Shown: positions 45,832 to 56,180, counted from the first letter of the stretch. The stretch is DNA of 64,000 bases from Candidatus Buchananbacteria bacterium (GCA_041666945.1 JBAYFY010000004.1:6226-70225), one strand, 5' to 3'. Program-made: numbers and translations. The notes: generated by a model from the letters alone, not told the origin.

Positions 45832-48225
45832 TTACATTTTCTTCCGTCTTTTTTTATTTTTCTCCTCTTTCAATATCGCCACAGTCGTCTTCACTACCGT
45901 ATCGGGGTTTAAAGAAATACTGTCAATGCCCAGTCGTACCAGGAATCTGGCAAAGTCGGGATAATCCGACGGCGCTTGGCCGCAAATGCCGATTTTCCGT
46001 CCCGAGGCCTTAGCCACTTTGATCACAATGGATAACAATCGTTTAACCGCTTCGTTATTCTCATCGTATACATCAGCCACTAACTGCGAATCGCGATCCA
46101 CGCCCAGCGTCAATTGCGTTAAATCGTTGGAACCGATGGAAAAACCGTCAAAAATCTCGGCGAACTCTTCAGCCAGAATCACATTGGACGGGATTTCGCA
46201 CATCACATAAACTTCCAATCCATCATGTCCTTGTTTGAGGCCGTTTTTCTCCATGATCTTTATCACCTTCTTGCCCTCTTCCACTGTGCGGCAGAATGGC
46301 ACCATGACCTTGATATTTTTCAGCCCGAATTCCTCGCGGGCTTTTTTCAATGCCAAACATTCCAAAGCAAACGCTTTTTCATATTGCGGAGCGTAATAGC
46401 GGGAAGCGCCGCGCCAACCGATCATGGGGTTGCTCTCTTCCGGTTCAAACTGCTTGCCGCCGATCAGCGTGGCGTATTCGTTTGATTTGAAATCGGACAA
46501 GCGGATGATCACGTCTTTGGGATAAAAGGCGGCGGCGATCATGCCGATGCCTTCGGCTAACTTGTCAACGAAAAATCGGGGCTTCTTCGGATAATTTACG
46601 GTTAGCTCGGCAATCTCGGCTTTGGCTTTTTGATCTTTGATTTTAGAATAGTTCAGAAGGGCCAAGGGATGAATCTTAATGTAATTGGCGATGATGAATT
46701 CTTCGCGCGCCAAGCCCACGCCGTCGTTGGGCAAAAAAGAAAATGACAAGGCGGCATAGGGATTTCCGACGTTCATCATGATTTTTGTTCTGGGCCGAGG
46801 CAAGCGTTTCAAATTCGTCCGCCTGATCTTAAACGGCGCCAAACCGCCATACACCTTGCCGATTTCTCCCTCGGCGCAAGATACGGTTACGGTCTGGCCG
46901 GTCTTTATTTTTTTGGTCGCTACGCTGGTACCCACGACGCACGGTACGCCCAATTCCCGCGAAACAATCGCGGCGTGGCAGGTCCGGCCGCCCTCGTTGG
47001 TAACAATCGCGGCGGCGCGTTTCATAAACGGTTCCCAGTCCGGGTCGGTCATGGCCGCTACCAGCACCTCGCCGTCCTTAAAATCATTCAGCTCGGAAAT
47101 ATTCTTGATTACGCGCGCCTTGCCGCCGCCGATTTTCACTCCCACGCTGGAACCGGTAAATAATAATTCGCCTTGGCCCGACATTACGTATTCTTCCAAG
47201 AGGTTAGGATTTTTATTGCTGGCGATCGTTTCCGGCCGGGCTTGGACAATGTATAACTTATCGGTCCGGCCGTCTCGGGCCCATTCAATATCCATCGGCC
47301 GCTTATAATGCTTTTCAATTATCACCGCCCATTTAGCCAACTGTAAAATTTCTTCATCGGTTAGAACGTATTTCTTCTGTTGCAGAAGCGGCACGGCCAC
47401 TGAACGCGTCGGCCGAATCGGGCTATCGGCATAAATCAGTTTTTTGTTCTTGTCACCGACCTGTTTGGAGACAATCGGCCTAAACCCCTTGGCCAAAGTG
47501 TTCTTGAAAACGTAATATTCATCGGGATTGACCGTGCCCTTGACCACGAATTCACCCAAGCCGTAAGCGGCGTTAATCAAAATCACATTGGGATTGCCGC
47601 TCTCGGTGTCAATGGTAAACATTACGCCGGCCGCGCCCAAATCCGAACGCACCATTTTCTGCACGCCGACTGAAATCAAAACTTTTTCATGCTTGAACTT
47701 CTGATCAATCCGGTAAGAAATCGCCCGTTCCGAAAAGAGCGAGGCAAAGCAGCGTTTAATCGCCCAAAATAATTCCTGTTCGCCGCGAATATTCAAATAC
47801 GATTCCTGTTGGCCGGCAAAAGAGGCGTTGGGCATGTCCTCGGCCGTAGCCGAAGACCTGACGGCAACATCGGTCCTGTCCGCGCCGTATTGCTTGGATA
47901 GCTTTTTGTATGCTTGCGATATTTCCGCTTTTAATTCTTCAGGCAAGTCCGCGGTTAAAATCATTTTCTTAATCACCGCTGATTTTTTGGCCAAATTCCT
48001 GTCGGTTACGCCTTTAAGCCCGGCGTAAATCGCCCGTTTGATTTTAGCGCCAGACAAAAACTTATTATACGCCTGGGCGGTAATGGCAAAACCATTCGGT
48101 ATGGGCACGCCCCGACCGGTTAATTTTTGATACATTTCGCCCAAGCTGGCGTTTTTCCCGCCAACCCGGCCTGAATCTTTCATCGTCAATTCCTTAAACC
48201 ACAGAATGTTTTTTTGTTTTGTCAT
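45832..48225 (-). CDS. ppsA: phosphoenolpyruvate synthase
   Basis: GGKNASLGE, AVRSSATAED, GGRTCHAAIVSRE (phospho-His), DGFSIGSNDLTQL, GICGQAPS. Confidence 0.97.
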   Translation of the reverse strand: MTKQKNILWFKELTMKDSGRVGGKNASLGEMYQKLTGRGVPIPNGFAITAQAYNKFLSGAKIKRAIYAGLKGVTDRNLAKKSAVIKKMILTADLPEELKAEISQAYKKLSKQYGADRTDVAVRSSATAEDMPNASFAGQQESYLNIRGEQELFWAIKRCFASLFSERAISYRIDQKFKHEKVLISVGVQKMVRSDLGAAGVMFTIDTESGNPNVILINAAYGLGEFVVKGTVNPDEYYVFKNTLAKGFRPIVSKQVGDKNKKLIYADSPIRPTRSVAVPLLQQKKYVLTDEEILQLAKWAVIIEKHYKRPMDIEWARDGRTDKLYIVQARPETIASNKNPNLLEEYVMSGQGELLFTGSSVGVKIGGGKARVIKNISELNDFKDGEVLVAAMTDPDWEPFMKRAAAIVTNEGGRTCHAAIVSRELGVPCVVGTSVATKKIKTGQTVTVSCAEGEIGKVYGGLAPFKIRRTNLKRLPRPRTKIMMNVGNPYAALSFSFLPNDGVGLAREEFIIANYIKIHPLALLNYSKIKDQKAKAEIAELTVNYPKKPRFFVDKLAEGIGMIAAAFYPKDVIIRLSDFKSNEYATLIGGKQFEPEESNPMIGWRGASRYYAPQYEKAFALECLALKKAREEFGLKNIKVMVPFCRTVEEGKKVIKIMEKNGLKQGHDGLEVYVMCEIPSNVILAEEFAEIFDGFSIGSNDLTQLTLGVDRDSQLVADVYDENNEAVKRLLSIVIKVAKASGRKIGICGQAPSDYPDFARFLVRLGIDSISLNPDTVVKTTVAILKEEKNKKRRKKM

Positions 48226-48239
48226 AACCTCCTTTACTT

Positions 48240-48305
48240 TGTCATGCCCGTGTACCTTGTCATGCCCGTGTACCTTGTCATCCCCGTGCAGACGGGGATC
48301 CAGAA
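48240..48305 (+). repeat. REP-like unit with an 18-bp tandem duplication of its 5' half
   Basis: (TGTCATGCCCGTGTACCT)x2 then TGTCATCCCCGTGCAGACGGGGATCCAGAA, just upstream of ppsA. Confidence 0.75.
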
Positions 48306-48380
48306 TTTATCTTAATATCTTAATTATACTCCCAAAAAGATAATCGCGCATTACCTGCAATAATCTTCAGAACAAACGGC

Positions 48381-48432
48381 TTGACTACCGAAAATCTTTA
48401 TGATACAATCAACCATTAAAGTTCTTTAACAA
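48381..48432 (+). promoter_or_regulatory. sigma70 promoter (TTGACT-N17-TACAAT) followed by boxA-like GTTCTTTAACAA
   Basis: -35 at 48381-48386, -10 at 48404-48409, boxA-like motif at 48421-48432. Confidence 0.7.
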
Positions 48433-48467
48433 AAAACAACGAAATAACCAACAAAAAGGAACGTACT

Positions 48468-49421
48468 ATGCTTATGGAATACTGCTTGGCCTACGTAAGT
48501 TCGCTGATTGCTTTGTCCTGCTACCTGCTTATCGGTTATGCCAGCCGTCTGACCGCTTTTATGCCGGCGGGAACGGCGCTTAACGGCGATTCCTGTCCCT
48601 TAACCCGTCAAAATAGAATCTTCTATGCTGCGGCTTGGCCGATTTATTTCTCCGCTGGCCGCGTTGGTCAAAGGATATCATTTATGGCGCGAGCCGTGTT
48701 CATTATCATTGTTATCGCTGTTGCCCTTGATCTGATCCAACCGAAAATAATATCTTTAAACCCGGAGCAAATCAAGCAGGCGCTTTTAACGGCCGATCCG
48801 CGGTTGAATGAAACGCAAAAAAACATTGACGGCCTGTCAACTGTTTATACCGATTGGGAAAAAATTGCCGGCGCTTCTTTAAGGGGGGACCAAGAAGCCG
48901 CCGCAATTACGCCGGAAAGCATACTGGCTCCGTCGGCAGAAGAAATAGCCGCCAGCGTTCATCACCCGCTGCAAGCGCGCATAACTGTTTTCCGTTACCA
49001 GATACAGAACGGTTTGATAGCCGACGGTTCTCCGCCCAGTTTCAGCCAAATCCATTATCATAGAAGACCGTTGGACGATTACGGCGCCGCAATTATCGCC
49101 GCTTATGTTTTGGAACACTGCGGCTATAAGCCCTACGTCCTCTGTCTTAAAACCTCTTGGGAAACTTTTCTGCTCCGGCCGCTGGAAAACTCTATCACTA
49201 AGGTTTACCTGTACAAACAAGATGAAAAATTCGGTTATATTTCTCTGTTGGGCATTAGTGAACCGAAATTCTCCACCCTTAAGGATTTAGCCGATGAGTT
49301 ATCGGGAAAAATGCATGTGAACTATACGCAGTACTTCCTGTTTGACCTCAATGTCGCTTGTCCGGGATGGCAAGAGCGCAACCCGGGAATTTATGGTTAT
49401 GAAATTTGGCGCAATTTATAA
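48468..49421 (+). CDS. membrane protein with a possible degenerate transglutaminase-like domain
   Basis: N-terminal TMs; DDYGAAIIAAYVLEHCGYKPYVL...VYLYKQDEKFGYIS. Confidence 0.65.
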   Translation: MLMEYCLAYVSSLIALSCYLLIGYASRLTAFMPAGTALNGDSCPLTRQNRIFYAAAWPIYFSAGRVGQRISFMARAVFIIIVIAVALDLIQPKIISLNPEQIKQALLTADPRLNETQKNIDGLSTVYTDWEKIAGASLRGDQEAAAITPESILAPSAEEIAASVHHPLQARITVFRYQIQNGLIADGSPPSFSQIHYHRRPLDDYGAAIIAAYVLEHCGYKPYVLCLKTSWETFLLRPLENSITKVYLYKQDEKFGYISLLGISEPKFSTLKDLADELSGKMHVNYTQYFLFDLNVACPGWQERNPGIYGYEIWRNL

Positions 49422-49445
49422 ACCTCAACCGAAAGGAGACAAGTC

Positions 49446-49835
49446 ATGTCTGAAGATGCACACAAAAGTCCCGAACCGGAATACCCTTATGAATCGCTAC
49501 CCGATCCAGCCGAAAAACGCATCGCTGTTTTCGAGCTAACCGAAGAAACTGGGGTGTTTGCCGGCATTCTGACGTATTGTGAGATTACCCAAGAAGATCT
49601 TCTAGTTTTATACAAGAAACCGGAGATGATACTTTCTCGTGCTGGTATTACCAAAGAAGAAGCAATCTGTATGTGCTTCAAATCACTTACCGGACGCGTG
49701 TCCGAAAGGTTGATAAAACGTTTCGTTGATAATCAATTCGAATGGAATGATGTCAAAGACCTGATGTCCGGCCAATGGATCGAGAAAAATTTCTTGAGGC
49801 CCATGCGTGACAAGATCTATAGCGAAACCGAATAA
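49446..49835 (+). CDS. hypothetical protein
   Basis: 129 aa, SD AAGGAG, downstream hairpin at 49852-49871. Confidence 0.7.
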   Translation: MSEDAHKSPEPEYPYESLPDPAEKRIAVFELTEETGVFAGILTYCEITQEDLLVLYKKPEMILSRAGITKEEAICMCFKSLTGRVSERLIKRFVDNQFEWNDVKDLMSGQWIEKNFLRPMRDKIYSETE

Positions 49836-49919
49836 TAATTGTACACAAAAACCGCGAGCACCCGCCCGCGGCTTTTAAATTTGTTAATTTTAATTGTATT
49901 TGTATTTGAATGAAAAAAG

Positions 49920-50142
49920 GCGACCATTAAAATATTGTGCCAATTTTCAGTGTCCGTCGCAGACGGACTGGGCGCTCACGTAAAAATTTTGCTAGCGTAG
50001 CGTCAAAATTTAGTGAGCGCAACTGAAAATTTGGCCATGATTTTTAGCGGTCGCGACTCTTTGGAGGTACCTTTCTCATAGAGAAAGGTACCAGAAATGA
50101 ATTTGAATTTAACTTGAGATCCTTCACTTCGTTCAGGATGAC
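49920..50142. repeat. cluster of nested inverted repeats (MITE/REP-like)
   Basis: GCGACC...GGTCGC outer stem enclosing AATTTTCAGT/ACTGAAAATT and GCGCTCAC/GTGAGCGC; GGTACCTTTCTC-ATA-GAGAAAGGTACC; GAGATCCTTCACTTCGTTCAGGATGAC. Confidence 0.6.
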
Positions 50143-50150
50143 GAAAATAC

Positions 50151-51653
50151 TTATATCACCTCCACTTTAATCAAATTGCTTTGCCCTTTGTAACCAAAGG
50201 GGTGGCCCGCCACCACTACCACCGTGTCTCCGCGTTTAGCCAAACGTTTAGCGAGCAACAATTTTTTGATATCAGCCAAGAGCTTATTGAATGAATCGGT
50301 AAAACGCGCCATTTGCGCATCCACGCCCCAGCTAAGCGCCAATTGCCGCCGCGTCAGTTCCGACGGCGTTACCGCTATAATTTGAACGGCCGGCCGAAAA
50401 CGGGCGATATTGCGCGCCGTAAAGCCAGAGGTGGTGGCGCAAACAATCAGTCGCGCCGCCGCGCTGTCTTCAGCCAAATCCTGGGCCATGAAAGAAATCA
50501 CTTGGGTAATGGATTGATTGCTCTTGAAATCATTTTCCCGCGCTTCTTCCCGCACGATTTCCTCTTGCTCCATGTGATTGGCGATGCGCGCCATATATTG
50601 CACGGCTTTAAGCGGATACTTGCCGGTGGCGCTTTCGCCCGAAAGCATAATGGCGTCGGTGCCGTCCAACACGGCGTTGGCCACATCCGACACTTCGGCG
50701 CGCGTGGGAATGGGATTTTTAATCATGGATTCCAGCATTTGGGTGGCCACAATCACCGGCTTGCCGGCTTGCCGGCATTTCTCAATCATGGACTTCTGCA
50801 ACATGGGCAGATCCTCAATAGGCGTCTCTATCCCCAAGTCGCCGCGCGCCACCATAATGCCGTCAGCCGCTTCCAGAATCCGGTCAAAATTATTAACGGC
50901 TTCGCGCCGTTCAATTTTGGCGATAATCCGGATATGTTCGCCGGAAATCTTGCCTTTCATTTCCGGTTTGCCCATTTTTTTAGCATCGCTGATATTTAGC
51001 TTCAAATATTTTTTTTCCAGCGCGAAAACTTTTTTTCGCAAGTCCAAGATGTCTTTCCCATCCTTGACAAAAGACAGGGCAATCCAATCCGCGCCGTTTT
51101 TAACGCCGAACTCCACATCAGTCAGATCCTTTTCAGTCAGCGCCGGGCAATTAATGGACGAGCGGGGAAAATTCATGCCTTTATGCGTCTTGATAACGCC
51201 GCCGTTTAAGGCCAAACAGCGGATGGCTCGTTGGCCGGTTTCCTTGACCTTCAATTCAATGGTTGCGTCATCAATCAGAACCGGATCGCCTTTTTTCAGA
51301 TCGCGATACAATGCGGGGTATTGAATCGGCACAAACGCGCTGGCGGACTTTTTGCCGGTTGAATAATATTTTTCCGGCACCAGGATTACCTCCTGACCCG
51401 CTTTGATTGCCACGCCGTCGCCCACTTCGCCGATTCTGATGCGCGGGCCTTGCAGATCCTGCAGGATGGCGATATTGGTGTTAATCGCTTTGGCTGCGGA
51501 ACGCAGATTGTGGATTAACCGGGCATGATGGCTGTGGGTGTTATGCGAAAAATTAAGCCGAGCCACGTTCAGGCCTGACTTAATCATTTTCTGCATCAGG
51601 ATTTTGGTTTCCGAAGCCGGACCGATGGTCGCGATGATCTTAGTTCTTTTCAT
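50151..51653 (-). CDS. pyk: pyruvate kinase
   Basis: TKIIATIGP, ARLNFSH, DLQGP.IR, IAKIE, MVARGDLG, ATQMLESM, DAIMLSGESA. Confidence 0.97.
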   Translation of the reverse strand: MKRTKIIATIGPASETKILMQKMIKSGLNVARLNFSHNTHSHHARLIHNLRSAAKAINTNIAILQDLQGPRIRIGEVGDGVAIKAGQEVILVPEKYYSTGKKSASAFVPIQYPALYRDLKKGDPVLIDDATIELKVKETGQRAIRCLALNGGVIKTHKGMNFPRSSINCPALTEKDLTDVEFGVKNGADWIALSFVKDGKDILDLRKKVFALEKKYLKLNISDAKKMGKPEMKGKISGEHIRIIAKIERREAVNNFDRILEAADGIMVARGDLGIETPIEDLPMLQKSMIEKCRQAGKPVIVATQMLESMIKNPIPTRAEVSDVANAVLDGTDAIMLSGESATGKYPLKAVQYMARIANHMEQEEIVREEARENDFKSNQSITQVISFMAQDLAEDSAAARLIVCATTSGFTARNIARFRPAVQIIAVTPSELTRRQLALSWGVDAQMARFTDSFNKLLADIKKLLLAKRLAKRGDTVVVVAGHPFGYKGQSNLIKVEVI

Positions 51654-51801
51654 AAATACTTTGAGATTGTAACCCTGAAAATTTATCCCGCCGGTTGGCG
51701 GAAAAATTATCCGGGATCTTTGGATTCTGATAATTCCCAGCCGGAGATCCCTGATATCCCAATGATTGCATTGTGATTTCGGAATAACGACTGTTTATTG
51801 A

Positions 51802-52119
51802 TTACAGTTTCAACGTCTTTTCCAACCAAGCGCCGAATTCTTTGGCCGGGCCGGCTAATAGCGGCAGCTGCCATTTCTCTCCATTGTAGGCCTTGACCAT
51901 AGCGATAATCGCCGTTACGGCCACGATTAAACTGACCAACCAACCCAAAACGGGAATGAGGCCGACAAAAGAAATCACAAACAACAGCACGCCCTGATTG
52001 GCGTGAAAACGCACGTAACTGTCGTTTTTCTTGGCCGCCAAAGCCACCAAGCTTAAAATCCAAAGATAAGAAATCACTCCCCAGGCCTTTTGATCTTGCG
52101 TTAATGTTTGATTAGCCAT
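51802..52119 (-). CDS. DUF4870-like membrane protein
   Basis: ISYL...YVRFHANQG.LL...IP.LG...AYNGE..LP. Confidence 0.8.
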   Translation of the reverse strand: MANQTLTQDQKAWGVISYLWILSLVALAAKKNDSYVRFHANQGVLLFVISFVGLIPVLGWLVSLIVAVTAIIAMVKAYNGEKWQLPLLAGPAKEFGAWLEKTLKL

Positions 52120-52204
52120 AAAATTATTTTAATTATGTAATAAGTAAAAAGTAATATGTAATAAGTAGATATTAAATTATTAAATTTATATCACCTGTTA
52201 CTTG

Positions 52205-52648
52205 TTACTTATTACCTGTTACTTTTTTTGGTAAATTGTCCCATAACAGCACCAACATGTAAACCAACAGGCAACCGGCCAAAGCGGTTAGGATGCTTTC
52301 TGTCGCCAGATTAAAGACCTTCCAAATCCTGAAGCCGGCGGAGAACCGAGAGGCGGCGACAATCAGCCCGATGGCAAAGCCGGCAATTCCTCCGGCCAAG
52401 GCGCCAATGGCGTTGATCTGGCCGTAGGATTTCACCACTTGCCGGCCGATCCAGACAAAGGCCGCCAACCGTATCAGCCACATCAGCAAATCAATCAGGC
52501 CGAACGACAAATCCGGCCAAAGCCAAACCAAGAGCCAACGCAAAAAAATTTCCGCCGCCCCGGCAATCAACACCGGAATCAATACGAACTGAAAATAAAA
52601 AACAAAGTTGATCGGTTCCCATCTTTTTTTTGTCCCTGCCATACGCAA
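52205..52648 (-). CDS. hypothetical 4-TM membrane protein
   Basis: Four hydrophobic segments; AT-rich leader. Confidence 0.7.
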   Translation of the reverse strand: MRMAGTKKRWEPINFVFYFQFVLIPVLIAGAAEIFLRWLLVWLWPDLSFGLIDLLMWLIRLAAFVWIGRQVVKSYGQINAIGALAGGIAGFAIGLIVAASRFSAGFRIWKVFNLATESILTALAGCLLVYMLVLLWDNLPKKVTGNK

Positions 52649-52701
52649 TTAATTATAGCAAAGTTCGTTTAAAAGAAAAAATTATCCTTAGTTATGCCAA
52701 T

Positions 52702-52768
52702 TTGACAATTCTCCCGCCTTATGCTATCATGCCTTATTAATCGGTATGCGGTAGTGGCACTTTAAATC
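52702..52768 (+). promoter_or_regulatory. sigma70 promoter (TTGACA-N17-TATCAT) with boxA-like GCACTTTAAAT
   Basis: -35 at 52702-52707, -10 at 52725-52730, motif at 52757-52767. Confidence 0.7.
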
Positions 52769-52809
52769 AATTAATATGTTTAAAATCAACTGCTAAAAGG
52801 AGGTACCCC

Positions 52810-53565
52810 ATGAAACTGGCGCCCTGGGATTTGGATAACCTGATTGGTCTTTTGCAAGGGTTGAACCATAATCTGCAATATTTCCTGTTTTCCTATTTTT
52901 TTACCATGACGGGCGCGGCCCTGGTCGCCATATTGATTGTTCTGGGTATCTGGCAGATGTACAAACACCAGAAACGCTGGCGGCGCGGTTTGGGCCTGGC
53001 CATAATTTTTTCGGGAATAACCATCGCCGTTTCCAGCTACGTCGCCGCCAAAAATATCACCCAAGAACGGTTGCAAGCCCTTGATTCAGTCAACTATGAA
53101 GCCAAGAAAACGGCTGTCAAAACATTCATTATAGACGGCCTGCCCGTGCCGATTGATCAGGCCTGGTGGCTGTTCCATAATGCCGAATTTGAATTCGCCC
53201 TGCAATGCAAGCAAACCTCCAAGTCATTATGGGTGGCGGGCGATGATATCTTCAATATTCTGATTCGGGAACGCCTGGAAGAATCCTGCGCTCGCATCGC
53301 CGCCGATTTGGGTCTTGACCCCAAACAATTAATTGAACAGTTGACCGACACCAAGCATCAAATGCTCTTGCCGCCCGGCAGCCAAATCAAAATGGTTGAA
53401 GTCAGATATATCAATCAGGGCGACAGAATATTGCCGCTGGAACAATCTCCGCTGGAACAATTTCCATCACTGGTTAATTTCGGCGACCTCAACTTGCTGA
53501 CGCCCCAGCTTTCGGAACAAAATTACCTTCCGGTACCGCTGATTATCCCAGATACCGACGAATAG
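52810..53565 (+). CDS. hypothetical membrane protein (2 TM plus soluble domain)
   Basis: SD AAGGAGGT; terminator ACCCGCTTGA-AACGC-TCAAGCGGGT-TTTATTTTT at 53588-53621. Confidence 0.75.
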   Translation: MKLAPWDLDNLIGLLQGLNHNLQYFLFSYFFTMTGAALVAILIVLGIWQMYKHQKRWRRGLGLAIIFSGITIAVSSYVAAKNITQERLQALDSVNYEAKKTAVKTFIIDGLPVPIDQAWWLFHNAEFEFALQCKQTSKSLWVAGDDIFNILIRERLEESCARIAADLGLDPKQLIEQLTDTKHQMLLPPGSQIKMVEVRYINQGDRILPLEQSPLEQFPSLVNFGDLNLLTPQLSEQNYLPVPLIIPDTDE

Positions 53566-53714
53566 CCGCAAATAACAGAACTTTACCACCCGCTTGAAAC
53601 GCTCAAGCGGGTTTTATTTTTAATTTGGCTTGATTTAATTTTTTGTCAAAAAACCGAGAAATATTGTATAATTATAATAACCTTAATTAATGAAGGTGAT
53701 ATTCCAACAATAAT

Positions 53715-54263
53715 ATGGCCAACCTACAAAATGGCAATGAATTGATAAAAGTCGACGTATTCAAAAAAATCGGTTTGGAGGAAGATATGCACGTCGGCGA
53801 TTTGGGCTGCGGCAATTTGGCCTTCTACGCTCTAAGCTCGGCTAAGCTGGTCGGCAAGAACGGACAGGTCTATGCGGTTGATATTCTCAAGTCCGCCCTA
53901 AACGCTGTTGACACCCGGATAAAACAGGAGGGATTAAAGAATATTAAAACCGTTTGGTCTAATTTGGAATTAGTCGGGGCAACCAATATTCCGGCCGGCA
54001 GTTTGGATGCCGCCTTCATTCACAATGTCCTTTTTCAATCGGAAGAACATAATAACTTTCTCAAAGAAACCGCTCGCTTGCTCAAGTCCGGAGGCAAACT
54101 GATGGTTATTGATTGGAAAAAAATCGCCTCGCCTTTTGGTCCGCCGGTCAAAGATCGGCCCGAACCGGAACTGATTAAAAAGATGGCGGATAAAGCCGGA
54201 CTGAAATTGGTTGAAGAATTTGAAGCCGGCCCTTATCATTTCGGTTTAATCTTCACCCGTTAG
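53715..54263 (+). CDS. class I SAM-dependent methyltransferase
   Basis: GDLGCG, VYAVDI, LKSGGKLMVIDW, FGPP, AGPYHFG. Confidence 0.85.
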   Translation: MANLQNGNELIKVDVFKKIGLEEDMHVGDLGCGNLAFYALSSAKLVGKNGQVYAVDILKSALNAVDTRIKQEGLKNIKTVWSNLELVGATNIPAGSLDAAFIHNVLFQSEEHNNFLKETARLLKSGGKLMVIDWKKIASPFGPPVKDRPEPELIKKMADKAGLKLVEEFEAGPYHFGLIFTR

Positions 54264-54387
54264 CCGGTCTTTACATTTTCGCCGATTGTCGCTAAGATGC
54301 TACCACTGCGATAAAAAATCTTTCGTTCCGCCAACATTAACGCTCGCGTTGTGCCCGGAATAATAAAAGAATCAAATCTAAAATTAT

Positions 54388-54798
54388 ATGTTCAACATCG
54401 TTAAATTCTTTACTCCCGGCTATTTTTTGGAATTACGCCCGTATGTCTACCCCTCCACCGTCAAAATTATGATTGTCGCCGGCGCCATCCTGCTGGTGAT
54501 CGCCCTGGGATTCAAAATTTATGCCCTCAAAGCCAAGCTGCCCGGCTATCAAGCAAGATTATTTGACCGGATCGCTGTCTGGTTTGCCACTTTCGGCGCC
54601 CTGGAACTGCTCTGGACCTGGCTTAGATATGAACGAGTGTCTTACCTTTCCGCTCGTTTTTGGAGCGTGATTCTGCTTCTTATAGCCCTATGGTGGGCTT
54701 ATCGGATATTCCTTTACTGGCGCAAGGTGGTGCCGCAAGCGCAAAAACAAGCCCAAACGCATCAGCAATACTTGAAATATTTGCCCAAAAAGAAATAA
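54388..54798 (+). CDS. conserved 3-TM membrane protein
   Basis: RYERVSYLSARFW motif and C-terminal KYLPKKK. Confidence 0.75.
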   Translation: MFNIVKFFTPGYFLELRPYVYPSTVKIMIVAGAILLVIALGFKIYALKAKLPGYQARLFDRIAVWFATFGALELLWTWLRYERVSYLSARFWSVILLLIALWWAYRIFLYWRKVVPQAQKQAQTHQQYLKYLPKKK

Positions 54799-54800
54799 TT

Positions 54801-55166
54801 ATGTCTGATTACCGAGTGCGCCTGGGCAAATACGGCGAGAATCTGGCGGCGCAATTTCTAACTCGGCGCGGTTACCAAGTGATTGAAAAAAATTACTACA
54901 CGCAATTCGGAGAAATTGACCTCATCGCCCGATCCGGCGATGAGATTTTATTTGTGGAGGTTAAAACCCGCACTGCCGACAAAACCGGCTTGCCCGAAAC
55001 AGCGGTTGATCTCCATAAACTGCGCCATTTGCAAAAAGCCGCCAGAATTTACCTCAACTGTCGCGGCTGGAGCTGTTTTTGGCGCTTGGACATTATCAGC
55101 GTAGAACTCAACCGGGCGACCGGCACGGCTAAAATAAAATGGTTCAATAACATCTCAATCTCTTGA
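54801..55166 (+). CDS. yraN: YraN/UPF0102 family nuclease-fold protein
   Basis: LGKYGENLAA.FL, GEIDLI, FVEVKTR, R.DII.V. Start moved to 54801. Confidence 0.9.
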   Translation: MSDYRVRLGKYGENLAAQFLTRRGYQVIEKNYYTQFGEIDLIARSGDEILFVEVKTRTADKTGLPETAVDLHKLRHLQKAARIYLNCRGWSCFWRLDIISVELNRATGTAKIKWFNNISIS

Positions 55167-55215
55167 CAATTATCTGCTTTTCCTTTATACTGACAAAAAC
55201 ACGGCACTTTAAATA
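55163..55215 (+). promoter_or_regulatory. sigma70 promoter (TTGACA-N17-TATACT) with boxA-like GCACTTTAAAT
   Basis: -35 at 55163-55168, -10 at 55186-55191, motif at 55204-55214. Confidence 0.7.
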
Positions 55216-55257
55216 AAAACTGTAACTTCCCGCGCTACGGGAAAAAAGGAGAAAAAT

Positions 55258-56046
55258 ATGCTTTGGTGGAAAAGGGATGAGAAAGACAAAAATCGCAAAG
55301 CTAATCCTGCTATTTCCCCTCATCCGGCGGATCGGCAGAAAAACCGGCCGCCCAAACCGGCGGAAGAAGAAAAAGAAAAAAAACCGGCTAAACCGGCCAA
55401 ACCGGCCAAACCGAAAACAATAGAGGAAATAGTCAAGGAAAAACTGACGGCTCAAGATTTGGAAAAATATTCCCGACTGGGCGTGCCGTTTTACGAGCTG
55501 ATACTTTTTTATAGAACATTGAATCAAGTGCCGAAGCCGGAAAATCTGGAAACTGACGCCAGGGTACTGACTGAATCCTGCCGTGATCAAGGTTATGAAT
55601 TGGAAGACATTTCTCCGCGGGAAATGTTGGGGATACTGGTTGATTGGTACAGGCATAACAGAAGTCAAGCTCAAAGCGGCAGACCGCTGACAGCCGCGCC
55701 GCTAATTGTAGTCATGCGTAATGCCGATAAGGCCGTCCGGCGAGAACTGGGTTTGCCGCCGGACAAATTTCCCAAAAACCAATCGGATTTTAACCGCCGG
55801 CTGCAAGAAAAAATCGACAGGATGGTGGTCATAGCCAAACAAAACAGAGCTAAAAAATTGGGATTGACTTTACAGCAGCTGCTATCCCGGGAAGCCGCGC
55901 AACCTGGCGCCAATAAAGAAGGCCTCAAAAAAATTTACGCTTTAGCCCAAGTGATGGCCGAAGAAGAAGCTGGCCGCAGGAAAAAATCTGAAGAACAAGC
56001 CGGCGGCGGTAAAGCCGAGGAAGTTGCCCGCAATCCGCAGGAATAG
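55258..56046 (+). CDS. hypothetical charged protein with a KPA repeat
   Basis: SD AAGGAG; 9-bp tandem repeat at 55381-55413; terminator AATCGCCGCA-AAAACAC-TGCGGCGATT at 56054-56080. Confidence 0.75.
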   Translation: MLWWKRDEKDKNRKANPAISPHPADRQKNRPPKPAEEEKEKKPAKPAKPAKPKTIEEIVKEKLTAQDLEKYSRLGVPFYELILFYRTLNQVPKPENLETDARVLTESCRDQGYELEDISPREMLGILVDWYRHNRSQAQSGRPLTAAPLIVVMRNADKAVRRELGLPPDKFPKNQSDFNRRLQEKIDRMVVIAKQNRAKKLGLTLQQLLSREAAQPGANKEGLKKIYALAQVMAEEEAGRRKKSEEQAGGGKAEEVARNPQE

Positions 56047-56180
56047 AACACCAAATCGCCGCAAAAACACTGCGGCGATTTATTTTTGTCGGCGCTTGAC
56101 AAATAAAACCGCCCGTGCTATACTGGTTACAGATGATTAATGACAGCCCTAGCCGGCTGTCATTTTTTACAAAAACAATA

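Noticed and set aside
51660-51800. Structured RNA or riboswitch upstream of pyk
   Set aside because: Only short imperfect repeats (GGGATCT/AGATCCC) are visible and I recognise no family consensus.
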